Source: Arenicellales bacterium
GTDB lineage: Bacteria; Pseudomonadota; Gammaproteobacteria; Arenicellales; JAJDZL01
Assembly (NCBI GenBank): GCA_965243645.1
Contig: CBDEVD010000005.1
Span: 23,258-87,257 of the forward strand
DNA length: 64,000 bases
Direction: 5' to 3'
Shown here: piece by piece, positions 11,678 through 21,181 of the stretch
Numbering within the stretch: position 1 is the stretch's first letter
Layout of the letters: each line of letters begins with the position of its first letter
Translations under genes and position numbers: made by a program
Notes under the pieces: generated by a model
What the model saw: the letters and a program-made list of their open reading frames with translations, nothing else
Databases searched by the model: none
What the model was told of the DNA's origin: nothing

Positions 11678-12400
11678 ATGACAACTGACGAAAGTCTAAC
11701 AGGGTCAGATAAGGTTCAGAGACTACGGCGCATACTACATGCCAAAGCGAAGGCAGAACCGAAGTTAAGATTTCATGCGTTGTATGACAAGGTGTGGCGG
11801 ATGGATTTTCTCACCGAAGCGTACCGGCAGGTGCGCCGCAACGGCGGTGCTGCCGGTGTGGACGGGGAGACGTTCGCGAACATTGAGGCATACGGGGTTG
11901 AGAGCTGGCTTGGGGAACTGGCGCGGGAACTTAAAGACAAGACCTATATACCCGGAGCGGTGCGACAGGTCTTGATTCCAAAGAAGCAAAAGGGCAAGTT
12001 TCGCCCACTGGGCATTCCTTGCTTGCGAGACCGGGTGGTTCAGACCTCGGCGATGTTAGTTTTAACACCGATCTTTGAGGCTGATCTCGGTGAGGAGCAA
12101 TATGCCTATCGGGCGGGCAGGAGTGCGCACGATGCGGTCAATCGTATTCATGCGCTCCTGAACACGGGACACAATGAAGTGGTGGATGCTGATTTATCCA
12201 ATTATTTCGGTGAGATTCCCCATGCTGAGTTGATGAAGAGTTTAGCCCGTCGCATCAGCGATGGTGCGATGCTCAGATTGATCAAGTCATGGTTGGAGAT
12301 GCCGGTCGAAGAGGATAATGGCAAGGGCGGCAAACGCTGCACGAACCAGGCGAAGAAGTGGCGTAAGGGCAGCCCACAGGGTTCGCCCATATCGCCGCTG
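11678..12400 (+). pseudogene. Group II intron RT (intron 2), N-terminal fragment
   Basis: GAAGVDGETF, PKKQKGKFRPLGIP, SPQGSPISPL, then the reading frame runs into RIT2 sequence. Confidence 0.85.
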
Positions 12401-12426
12401 TTATGGGAACTTTCCCATAACAGCGG
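12395..12426. repeat. 32-nt 12-8-12 palindromic junction site of RIT element 2 (CCGCTGTTATGG gaactttc CCATAACAGCGG)
   Basis: Read directly. The outer 6 nt (CCGCTG) are RT2 codons Pro-Leu. The same hexamer ends the opposite IR at 16114-16119. Confidence 0.85.
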
Positions 12427-12511
12427 TAATGGGAACCTTATGATTATGGGAACCTAGACTATCCTGATCTTTGATTATCAATGGTATAGGCTAGAATCAG
12501 GTTCCCATAAG
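12421..12511. repeat. RIT2 terminal inverted repeat, left copy (contains TATGGGAAC sub-repeats)
   Basis: Exact reverse complement of 16029-16119, checked base by base. Confidence 0.95.
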
Positions 12512-12522
12512 ATTATTTCACT

Positions 12523-13515
12523 TCAGACCTCTGCGAGCATAGCAAGCAACTCATCCTGAACTCCTTTGAACTTGCCTTTGCGTAGACTCACGGGTCGCCA
12601 CTTCTCGAGTGTATTCAACTTATCAGCCGGGTCCGATCGAAGATACATCTCGGTAGTCTGGATACTCGAGTGTCCCAACCACGCTGAGACTTTTCTAACG
12701 TCTCCGGTTGCTTCAAGAGTGTGAAGCGCGCAAGCATGCCTCAAAAGATGGGGCGTTACAGTCTTTTTTGCAATGGATGGTACATTTTGTGCCGCAGTTT
12801 GCGCATGTACGACAAGACGTTTTGCAAAACCGCGTCGAGTCATCCCTGTGCCCATGGAATTTAAGAAAAAATGTCGGTCGTTACTGTCATGTCGAACAGC
12901 CAGCCAGTCGCGCAGAGCACCGCGGGTGTCCGTCCAAAGCGGTTGAATACGTTGCCGTCGACCTTTACCCAAAATATGCACCTCATCAAGAGCTGGCATC
13001 TTCAGATCATCAAGCGCAAGCCCAACCAACTCCGAAACACGCAGGCCAGCGTTGTAGGTCAAGTACAGCATTGCCCGGTCCCGAATCCCAGTCGTAGTTT
13101 TCGGATTCGGCGCATTCAGCAGCGCACGCACTTCCTTGCGATCCAAAGAGCCAATGAGTGGTACGATGCCCTTCTTTATGGGGATTTCACGAACTTGTCC
13201 AGCAAGCGCAAGATACGCTGGATTGCGGAACTCGAGAAACCGAAAAAAAGCCTTGATCGCCGCGAGCCGAGCATTGCGTGTATTGACACTGTTGCCTCGC
13301 TCTGTTTCGAGATGCTCAAGAAACTTGAGAATGGTTTCAACATTCAGGTGCCCGATCTCAAGCTCACAGGGTCGGGCACCGTGTAGATTGGCAGTAAAAA
13401 CGATCAACAGCTTAAAGCAAAGAGCATAGCTTTCTACGGTATGCCGACTCGTACCTTTGTCGCGTGGCAGGTATTCGCGCAAAAACTTTTCAAGTGAACA
13501 GGCAAGGTTACTCAT
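12523..13515 (-). CDS. ritC: Tyrosine recombinase, third gene of trio 2
   Basis: GLRVSELV..., HLLRHACALHTL, LGHSSIQTTEMYL. The ATG at 13515 overlaps the ritB stop (ATGAGTAA). The 393-aa ORF-track version starts implausibly far upstream. Confidence 0.85.
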   Translation of the reverse strand: MSNLACSLEKFLREYLPRDKGTSRHTVESYALCFKLLIVFTANLHGARPCELEIGHLNVETILKFLEHLETERGNSVNTRNARLAAIKAFFRFLEFRNPAYLALAGQVREIPIKKGIVPLIGSLDRKEVRALLNAPNPKTTTGIRDRAMLYLTYNAGLRVSELVGLALDDLKMPALDEVHILGKGRRQRIQPLWTDTRGALRDWLAVRHDSNDRHFFLNSMGTGMTRRGFAKRLVVHAQTAAQNVPSIAKKTVTPHLLRHACALHTLEATGDVRKVSAWLGHSSIQTTEMYLRSDPADKLNTLEKWRPVSLRKGKFKGVQDELLAMLAEV

Positions 13516-14434
13516 TACACCCTCCCTGCCGATACAACCGTTCGGTTTGTTCAGAGATCTGTCGCAGCAACACCGGCGTTGCTTCAAGGTACCAATACGT
13601 GCCTGCAGCATTGGAATGTCCCAGATAAGTCGACAGTGCCAGCATGTGACGCCCCACATCTTCACGATCATTGGACAGCATGTTCTCGAGCGAACGAGTT
13701 GCAAACCCGTGCCTCAAATCGTGAAGACGCGTTCCCGGTTCGCCTGTCCCAGCTCGAAGACCACACTGTCGGGCCAATTTGACAAACACGGTGGACAGAT
13801 AGACCGGACGCATCGGTCGACCAGTCGACAGTACAAACAGGTGTTCGCTGGGTCCGCCGAGTCGCTTCCTGTCTCGTAGGTATTCATCCATCGCTTGATG
13901 AACACTATCGCTCAACGGCACCAGACGGGACTTGCCGAACTTCGTGTTTCTGATCAACAGTCCATCTTCTGTCAAGTCTTTCAGCAACAGATTGGCTGCT
14001 TCCGATCGACGTAATCCGGTCGCAGCGATTAGACCCACGATGTAATGGAAAGTCAATGGCGTGATTGAGCCTGCTGGCCCCAATTGCAATGCCGCGTCCA
14101 TGATCTGCGTGACCTCTGCCAGTGACAGCAAACAGGGTGTTGGCCGTCGTGAGATGGTTTTACCCAAAGCAGTGCGATCCGGGACTTCATGGCGTTCATC
14201 GTCGGCGTGCAAAACGCAAGCCAGGTCGCAAACATAGCCCAGTTTGCTCTGCCTCTGCCGGGAAGACGGTGTATTCGATAACCAATTAAATACAGTACTG
14301 CAACGCACGAACTGGTCGCCACAATCCATGGCGTAAGTCGCATAATCGTTCAACACACGCGCCTGTTGATCATACTTGTATCCGAGGGCTTTTCTGAAAC
14401 TGACATAATCATTGACCTTTTCTAAGAGTGTCAT
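13508..14434 (-). CDS. ritB: Tyrosine recombinase, second gene of trio 2
   Basis: GLRRSEAA..., LHDLRHGFATRSL, LGHSNAAGTYWYLE. The ATG at 14434 overlaps the ritA stop (ATGA). Confidence 0.85.
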   Translation of the reverse strand: MTLLEKVNDYVSFRKALGYKYDQQARVLNDYATYAMDCGDQFVRCSTVFNWLSNTPSSRQRQSKLGYVCDLACVLHADDERHEVPDRTALGKTISRRPTPCLLSLAEVTQIMDAALQLGPAGSITPLTFHYIVGLIAATGLRRSEAANLLLKDLTEDGLLIRNTKFGKSRLVPLSDSVHQAMDEYLRDRKRLGGPSEHLFVLSTGRPMRPVYLSTVFVKLARQCGLRAGTGEPGTRLHDLRHGFATRSLENMLSNDREDVGRHMLALSTYLGHSNAAGTYWYLEATPVLLRQISEQTERLYRQGGCNE

Positions 14435-15981
14435 TGCAGACCTCCTGCGGTCGGCCAAGGCTGGGCAACATCACGAAGCATTCGGATATCGACCCTTGCA
14501 TAAACGGCTGTAGTTGTCATTGATTGATGGCGCAGCAGAGCACTGATCACTTCGAGTGGCGTATGGTCATGTAGCAAGTTCGTTGCTGCAGAATGTCTAA
14601 ATAGATGCGCGGCAGGCAGCCCGTCGGCTTTGATACCGACGCGCTTGATCGCCGCTCCTGCGACGGCGGAAACGCCACCGCTTGACAGTGCTTGATCAAT
14701 TGGTGGGGGCATGCGTAAGAATACCTTTTCAGTCGCGGAAACAAGTCTGGCATGCACGATGTAATTTCTGAGCGCGTCGCCGACATCCTGCGGCAGAGGC
14801 AACGCTGCCGCACACCGCGACTTGCCGCTGACGCGGACCAGTGCATTGTCCCAATCGATGTCTTGCAACTCAAGGTTAGCCACATCTCCGGCACGCAGGG
14901 CGAGTCTGGCCAGAAGCAACAAAATGGCGCGGTCTCTGATCCCCATCGCAGTTGTCAGATCGCACGATGCAATAATGCGTTCGATATCTTCCTGCGGCAA
15001 ATGACGAGGCAATGTCGAGAATCTTTGCCTCGGAATCATGGGAACCGCAGCAGCCAGTCCCGGGCGGCAAAGACCATTTAATGTGAGAAAACGCAGATAC
15101 TGTCGAAATGCTGAGACTTGACGGCGGACCAGTTCACGCGACGCGGTCTCAAGGCGGCGTTGGACAGCAGTTCTGATGAGTGTGGCACTGTACCGATCAG
15201 GTTCATCACCCAGATGAACAATAAACAATTCAACAGCCTTGCGGTAGCTTTGTACAGTTTTCTCCTGAATATTGCGGTAGTTACGTAGCCAGTTCTGATA
15301 TTGCGCCAGGTATTGTCCTGTCTCCTCGGATGTTGGACACACGCGCGGCGAAACGATGCCTGTGTCTCTGAGATACTTAATGAATACCCGGATTTTGATA
15401 TGACTGTTGTCACAACCCGAAAATCTATTGCCTCTGATAAAAAAATGCGGATGCACACAGGTGCACTGATGCGAAAGAAACTGAGTTAAAGTATCGTCAC
15501 TGATTTTGACTAATTTGATGTCTTGTAGATAAAGCCAGACAATCAAGTGCCGGCAACGCTTGCGGTACGCGACAACCGAATCTTGCACATACCCTTTTGC
15601 CGCAAGTGTTTTCAAAAACGACTCCACCGCGTGGCTGTCAATCTCAATCTGCTCGGGCAACCGGGCTACTCCTGCCTCCATTAAAAAGCCGAGGAACTGG
15701 TGCAACTGCCAATTCATACGTTGTAAGTTCTTGCGATAACCGTGCGGACCGGGGCAAGTACAGTCGTGATTGAGGAATTGATCTAAGACACGAATGTCGA
15801 GCAACTCGATCGGAATCCCTTTTGCTGACAACCATGTCATCAGGTGAATGACGACTCGGACACACTTGGCAAGGAAGCTTTCGCAATATCCCATCGCCTG
15901 CAAGTGTGCTTTGTAATTGTGAACAATATCCAACTCGCATCCGTCTGCGCGTTGTATTGCATTGATGACCTTCGAAGGCAT
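14431..15981 (-). CDS. ritA: Tyrosine recombinase, first and largest gene of trio 2
   Basis: ALRAGDV..., HLFRHSAATNLL, LRHQSMTTTAVYARV. The ATG at 15981 is preceded by AGGAGA. Confidence 0.85.
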   Translation of the reverse strand: MPSKVINAIQRADGCELDIVHNYKAHLQAMGYCESFLAKCVRVVIHLMTWLSAKGIPIELLDIRVLDQFLNHDCTCPGPHGYRKNLQRMNWQLHQFLGFLMEAGVARLPEQIEIDSHAVESFLKTLAAKGYVQDSVVAYRKRCRHLIVWLYLQDIKLVKISDDTLTQFLSHQCTCVHPHFFIRGNRFSGCDNSHIKIRVFIKYLRDTGIVSPRVCPTSEETGQYLAQYQNWLRNYRNIQEKTVQSYRKAVELFIVHLGDEPDRYSATLIRTAVQRRLETASRELVRRQVSAFRQYLRFLTLNGLCRPGLAAAVPMIPRQRFSTLPRHLPQEDIERIIASCDLTTAMGIRDRAILLLLARLALRAGDVANLELQDIDWDNALVRVSGKSRCAAALPLPQDVGDALRNYIVHARLVSATEKVFLRMPPPIDQALSSGGVSAVAGAAIKRVGIKADGLPAAHLFRHSAATNLLHDHTPLEVISALLRHQSMTTTAVYARVDIRMLRDVAQPWPTAGGLQ

Positions 15982-16028
15982 GCTGATTCTCCTGTTTAGG
16001 GTTAAACCCCCAAAGGATACCAGCAATT

Positions 16029-16119
16029 CTTATGGGAACCTGATTCTAGCCTATACCATTGATAATCAAAGATCAGGATAGTCTAGGTTCCCATAATCAT
16101 AAGGTTCCCATTACCGCTG
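16029..16119. repeat. RIT2 terminal inverted repeat, right copy
   Basis: Exact reverse complement of 12421-12511. Confidence 0.95.
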
Positions 16120-16737
16120 CTCAGTTCCGTCTACATGCGACGGTTCATTGTCGGTTGGAAACATCTGGGCTTGGCTCACAGATTCCAGTCCCACATTGTC
16201 AATTACGCAGATGACATCTGCATCCTGGGTAAAGCACCGGCGGCGCAAATGCAGTCAGCCTTTACGCGGATAATGGCGCAGCTGAAATTGCCAGTGAATG
16301 TGGACAAGACCCGGTGTTTAAGGTGTCCGGAGGCGGCTTTGGAGTTCTTGGGTTATCGGATCGGAATGAACTATCGGTATGACGGAACAGGGGCCTATAT
16401 CGGTACCCGTCCGAGCAAGTCGAGCATTCAGCTGATCTGCCGTAAAGTGAGTGAGCAGACCGCAAGTCGATACGGGTTTCTGGACGATGATGAGATGGTT
16501 AGGCGTTTGAACTGGATGTTGTCTGGTTGGGCGAATTACTTTCATTTGGGACAGGTATCCCCGGCTTATGCGGCGGTCGATGCGCACACCAGAAAACGGC
16601 TGCGTCAGTGGCTGTGTCGGAAACACAAGGTGAAAAGTGGGAAATATGTGCGCTTTTCCATTGCGAAGTTGTATGATTCATACGGCCTGGTTCACCTTGC
16701 GTCTACCACCACGAGCCTGCCGTGGGCGAAGGTATGA
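16120..16737 (+). pseudogene. Group II intron RT/maturase (intron 2), C-terminal fragment
   Basis: LSSVYMRRFIVGW..., NYADDICILG, LSGWANYF, ending ...TSLPWAKV (a typical maturase tail). Confidence 0.85.
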
Positions 16738-16747
16738 TTTCGGATGA

Positions 16748-16780
16748 AAGCCGGATGCGGGAAATCCGCCCGTCCGGTTT
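16748..16780 (+). ncRNA. Group II intron domain V (intron 2)
   Basis: AAGCCGGATGCGGGAAATCCGCCCGTCCGGTTT, with a GAAA tetraloop, just after the RT2 stop. Confidence 0.75.
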
Positions 16781-16830
16781 GACGAGCGGCTACTGGAAAC
16801 GGACAATATGGCGTGGAGTGAGGCACTGGC

Positions 16831-16907
16831 GTACTGTGAAAACTGCCAGCAACAGTTTCCCCCATCGACCTAATTTATACCGCGCCAGTAGTCGACTCTA
16901 CAGTCCC
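16831..16907. other. Terminal segment of the outer element (possible far end of the tnpB element)
   Basis: Ends ...GTAGTCGACTCTACAGTCCC with an imperfect palindrome GTAGAGTCGACTAC on the other strand. It abuts the 8-bp repeat. The assignment is inferential. Confidence 0.35.
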
Positions 16908-17858
16908 ATCGAATTCATGGGCGCTACGACCGGCACGTGCCATCGCTGTGCGCATGAGCGACAGCTGACCATGATGAGTTGGCGCACTGATAAAACGCCC
17001 AGGCGCATGCCCGCTTGAGCCATCGCCAGTACCCGCAGCGTTTACCGCAGTCGCTTCGATGACTGCGTGGATCATATCTCCGTCGAGTTCAGCTGCTGCC
17101 AGCGGTTTGATAGCAAACACAAATGCTCCTTCGGCGCGCATGTAACCGTTCGCGCTGGCATCAAACGAATAACACTTGCCGTCGGGACTGATGATTCCCA
17201 TCAGGTTGAAACTGCTGCTCAGCCTCGCGCTACCCAAATAGGTAACACTACCCACCAGTGCTTGCGTGCAATCGCCACAGGCAATGGCATTGATCGCCGC
17301 ATGCAAGGCACTCAAACCAGCGGAACAAGCCGTGCAGTAGGTTGCCGATGATCCCATGAGGTTAAAGTGATACGAGATTCGATTGGCCAACATCGCCAGA
17401 CTGGTGCCTGGAACCGTATACTCTGTCACACCTAACTGCGGTCTCCAATTGGCGATGGCCGGCACCTGAGCTCCAACAAAAACTCCGGTGGCACTGTTAC
17501 GCAGTGAGGAAAGGTCCCAACCCGCGTGTTCAATCGTCTCCCACGCACAATTCAGCAGCATCCTCACCTACGGTTCAGTCTGCAGCAATTCATTGTGAGA
17601 CATGCCAAAGAATGCTCGATCGAAGAGCAGTTCGTCTTCGTTTCGAATGAGCCCTTCGTAGGGACTGACTAAACGCCCAGGGCCCGAGAACCTCCCAATC
17701 GGCCCGTGGCCTCGACCATACCGATCATTGATCGGCTCCTGAACTATGTCGCGTTCGCTGAGCAAATGCCAGAAGTCTTCATCTGAATTGATGCCGCCTG
17801 GCATGCGGTGGCTGTAGCTCACGATGGCTACGGGGTTGCCAGACGAAGCTTCCTGCAC
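16908..17858 (-). pseudogene. Ketosynthase domain, N-terminal two-thirds, with an in-frame TAG at 17568-17570
   Basis: VAIVSYSHRMPGG...FW...; ...LLQTEP*VRMLLNCAWETIE (compare KS consensus DPQQRLLLE); active-site TACSAGL; ...SAPTHHGQLSLMRTAMARAGRSAHEFD. It continues at 2078. Confidence 0.8.
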
Positions 17859-18002
17859 GATATTGATTTATTCCGTGGTTGTCGATAGTGAAATTACGAT
17901 GACATCGTCTATGTTACACTGATTCATAAAATCGCAATTTTTTCGATGTATTGCATTACATCAGACAAAATAATGCGTACCCTGATTGGCGATCAAGGAA
18001 AA

Positions 18003-21000
18003 TTACTCACGTCGACCTTCAAACAGCATGATCAGGTTGGGTAATAAGAACAGGGTGAACAGACTGGCCAATACGAGTCCACCGAGTATGCTGACTACAA
18101 ATGGCACAAAGAGCAACAGTTCTTCACTGCGTTCGTAGAGTAGTGGCGACAGTGCGAGCATCGTCGTAAGCGTTGTCAGGAAAACCGCCCGAAATCTTGA
18201 GTGCATTGCCGCGGATGCCGCTGCAATTGCAGGCAAATCTGCCCGACTACTGCGCGTCTTGTTGTATTTATCGAGTAACACCAGCGCATCGTTGACGATC
18301 ACCCCTAGAACCCCCACGACTCCAAACAGTGACATTCCACTGAAGTTCCAACCCATTATCCAGTGTGCGATAACCGCACCCGAGAATGCAATTGGAATGC
18401 CAAAAACTACAACCAGCGGTTTCCAGTAACTTCTAAGGAAAGTTGCAACCAGCACATACATGGCGAGCAATGCAAACGGCACAAGAATTGCCATGGTCTT
18501 CAACACGGCTCTTTCTTCGCGCACTGAGCCTTCTGGTTCTACACTGAGACCGGGATATCTTTCAAGAAGTTGCGGTGCGAAAGTGTCGGCGACTTTCTTA
18601 CGCACCCGACGCGGTGTCGAGAGGGTCGAATCTATAAATCCTTCAACGAATACTGCCTGATTGCCATCAATACTCGTTAGCGAAGCCAACTCCCGAGAGT
18701 CATTGATATCAGCGATGTAATGAAACGGAATCTCGCTGTTTTTCGAGACGCGCAAGCGTTCCGTCAGCAGCTCATTTAAATCGTCACGCCTGTCCCGCGG
18801 GTATCGAATGATGGCTTTTAACTCTTCATGCCCGCGTTGGATGCGTTGGACATTCAGTCCCTGGAACGCCGCTTTAAGTTGCAGACCGACCTCTAGCGGC
18901 GTAAGCCCAACTGCCCTGCCTTCCGGAGTGAGCTCGATCTCAAAATGGAGTTTTCCCAAAGTTGTATTATCAGACAGTCCGTAAACGGCGGGTTCGATGG
19001 ACAGCATATTCCTTAAATCGCGCGCCGCCCTAAGGAGAACATCGCGATCGTTGTGCTGTAGCGAATATGCGATAGTCGGACGAGTTGGATTACGTGTGGA
19101 TTGTACGTGTATTTTTTCAACGGTGGGTACACTACCCATCTGTTGGCGCCAAGCCTTTTCGAACTCCAGCGCAGAAATCGACCGCTTTGACTGTTCAACT
19201 AAGTTGACACGGACAGAGGCGATATGAGTGGTATCAGTCCTCGATTTGTGAATGCTCTGCCGTGGCAGCATAATCGGCAGCCCTACGACCATACTAACTG
19301 AATTTACATTGCCACCCCCCAAGCTAGTTTCTGCCAGATGCGCTGCCTTGGCAATTTCTGTGGCTGTCGCTAAGGTTACCGAGAACGGGGTGCCGGGAGG
19401 AAAGTAGATATCGGTTTGCACACTACCCGCCGTATTGGTGTCGCGATCATTAACGATAACAGGGACAGTGTCCGTCGCAAGCAATGCGAAGGCAAAGACA
19501 ACAACCGCCAGGCCAATAACTGGAGTGAGTACCATACGTTGGATTGCCCAAACGATAGCGGGTCCAATAATCTGATTCCGTAGTTGTTCGATGCGCAGAC
19601 CGACTTTATTTTGCCAGCGTCGCAGCGGGGACAGGCTCAATGGTTTGGCAGGAGATAAGTGAGCCGGAAGGATCAGGAAAACTTCAATCCACGATATCAG
19701 CAGTACAAAAAATGCGACGTAGGGGATTGCGGTAACGATCTGGTAGCGTTCTGCAGTGACAAAAAGTAGTGGTACAAATGCAATAGCGGTGGTTGCAACC
19801 CCGATCGTGATAGGCCAGAACATCGATCTTGCACCGGAAATTGCTGCCTCCAACGCGTCTTTGCCACGCGCTCGTTGCGCGGCGATGCTCTCTCCTACGA
19901 CGATTGCATCATCAACGACAATGCCAACGAGTAGAAAAAAAGCAAATATAGTGCCAACATTCAAACTCAAATCTGCAATTCCAAACAGCAGCAATGAACC
20001 GATGAATGATATGGGAATACCGACCGTAATCCATATTGCAAATCGAAGATCAAATACGGCAACCAAACAAATGAATACCAAAATAATTCCGATTATTCCG
20101 TTGGCAATAATTTCACCAATGCGCTTGATTGAAGGTTCCGCCCGATCATTCCAGACATCAATTGTGATGTGTGATGGCATCGGTTTACTCGCCAGCCAAG
20201 ATTTAACCTGATTGCCGATCTTTGCAATGGATTGTGCTTCATCTGCATTGACTCGAACAAACGCGGTCGGAACGTCATTTAATTGCGAACTAATGTCCCG
20301 ATCGACAAAACCATCTGTGACCGTCGCGATATCACCAAGGGTAATCATCGTGCCGTCCAAACCAGTCAGTAGCGGGATATTCGCAAACGCGTCACCTGTT
20401 TCGCGCTTCGAAATGGTGTGGAGAACCATTCCCCCAGTCTCGGTGCGCAGCTCACCGAATGAAAGATTGACGGATTCCTGTTTGATCTTCCGTTCGATAC
20501 GAGACAGCGTTAGATTGTGCCGACGCAGTTGCTCTTCGTCAATCTCAATCGTGATTTCTCGATCGCGCACACCGTATAGTTCCACATGGGTGATTGCAGG
20601 CAGCGCCAGCAGCTCGCTCTGCAGCTGTTCGGCAACCTGCCGCAATTCATCCTCGGTTGCACTGGCAGACGAAACCGCCAGTGTCAGTACCTCGTAGTTG
20701 ATTTTGATCAGCCTGATATCAGGGGCTTCGGCCCCGGCAGGTGGAAATTTTGCGATACCATCCACCGCACTTTTCACTTCATCCAGAACGGCATTGGCAT
20801 CGGCAAACGTATGCATCTCAATCTTGATTCGCCCGACGCCCTGCTGGGCAGTCGAGACGACGCGCTTAACGCCTCTCAGACCGATGACTCTTTCTTCGAT
20901 TCGACGGTTGACGTCTTGTTCAATTTCCTTGGGCGACGCACCAAGAAATTGAACAGACATACTGATTGTTCTCAAATCAACCTTGGGGAACAGCTGCACG

Positions 21001-21146
21001 GGAAGAAAAAAAGCACTGGCCAATCCCCCGACCAGTAAAAACACCATGAGCAGGTTTGCAGCAACCCGGTTTCCAGCAAAATATGCAATCATTCCCTTAT
21101 TCAAAATGGTACCTGCTGAAGCGAACCGATCTCGGGTCGTTGTCAC
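18003..21146 (-). CDS. RND efflux transporter permease (AcrB/AcrD/AcrF family)
   Basis: 1047 aa with the 12-TM RND layout and a typical N-terminus (...FFLPVQLFPKVDLRTISMSVQFLGASP...). Confidence 0.9.
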   Translation of the reverse strand: MTTTRDRFASAGTILNKGMIAYFAGNRVAANLLMVFLLVGGLASAFFLPVQLFPKVDLRTISMSVQFLGASPKEIEQDVNRRIEERVIGLRGVKRVVSTAQQGVGRIKIEMHTFADANAVLDEVKSAVDGIAKFPPAGAEAPDIRLIKINYEVLTLAVSSASATEDELRQVAEQLQSELLALPAITHVELYGVRDREITIEIDEEQLRRHNLTLSRIERKIKQESVNLSFGELRTETGGMVLHTISKRETGDAFANIPLLTGLDGTMITLGDIATVTDGFVDRDISSQLNDVPTAFVRVNADEAQSIAKIGNQVKSWLASKPMPSHITIDVWNDRAEPSIKRIGEIIANGIIGIILVFICLVAVFDLRFAIWITVGIPISFIGSLLLFGIADLSLNVGTIFAFFLLVGIVVDDAIVVGESIAAQRARGKDALEAAISGARSMFWPITIGVATTAIAFVPLLFVTAERYQIVTAIPYVAFFVLLISWIEVFLILPAHLSPAKPLSLSPLRRWQNKVGLRIEQLRNQIIGPAIVWAIQRMVLTPVIGLAVVVFAFALLATDTVPVIVNDRDTNTAGSVQTDIYFPPGTPFSVTLATATEIAKAAHLAETSLGGGNVNSVSMVVGLPIMLPRQSIHKSRTDTTHIASVRVNLVEQSKRSISALEFEKAWRQQMGSVPTVEKIHVQSTRNPTRPTIAYSLQHNDRDVLLRAARDLRNMLSIEPAVYGLSDNTTLGKLHFEIELTPEGRAVGLTPLEVGLQLKAAFQGLNVQRIQRGHEELKAIIRYPRDRRDDLNELLTERLRVSKNSEIPFHYIADINDSRELASLTSIDGNQAVFVEGFIDSTLSTPRRVRKKVADTFAPQLLERYPGLSVEPEGSVREERAVLKTMAILVPFALLAMYVLVATFLRSYWKPLVVVFGIPIAFSGAVIAHWIMGWNFSGMSLFGVVGVLGVIVNDALVLLDKYNKTRSSRADLPAIAAASAAMHSRFRAVFLTTLTTMLALSPLLYERSEELLLFVPFVVSILGGLVLASLFTLFLLPNLIMLFEGRRE

Positions 21147-21181
21147 AGGATGTATTCGGTATCAACTGGTGTTTTGGTCCT

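Larger units (their letters stand above)
12401..16119 (-). mobile_element. RIT (recombinase-in-trio) element 2, inserted in the RT gene of intron 2
   Basis: Three overlapping tyrosine-recombinase genes. Perfect 91-bp terminal IRs. A 20-nt unique segment at 12401-12420. Deleting 12401-16119 rejoins ...GSPISPL|LSSVYMRRFIVGW... in frame. Confidence 0.9.
11588..16830 (+). mobile_element. Group II intron 2 remnant: no recognisable domains I-II directly upstream, RT disrupted by RIT element 2
   Basis: Only about 90 nt separate the intron 1 3' end from the RT2 start. RT2 is split at 12400/16120. Domain V at 16748-16780. The 3' boundary (~16830) is a guess. Confidence 0.6.

Noticed and set aside
12708-15489. 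Plus-strand ORFs of 60-171 aa inside RIT element 2, plus nested minus-strand ORFs (for example 14053-14343, 14547-14894)
   Set aside because: They are antisense or out of frame relative to well-supported tyrosine-recombinase genes, and no motifs were seen.
10027-16737. The reverse transcriptases as retron, DGR or defence-associated RTs
   Set aside because: Both ORFs have maturase (X) domains and are followed immediately by canonical group II intron domain V hairpins. No template/variable repeat pairs or msr/msd-like structures were seen.
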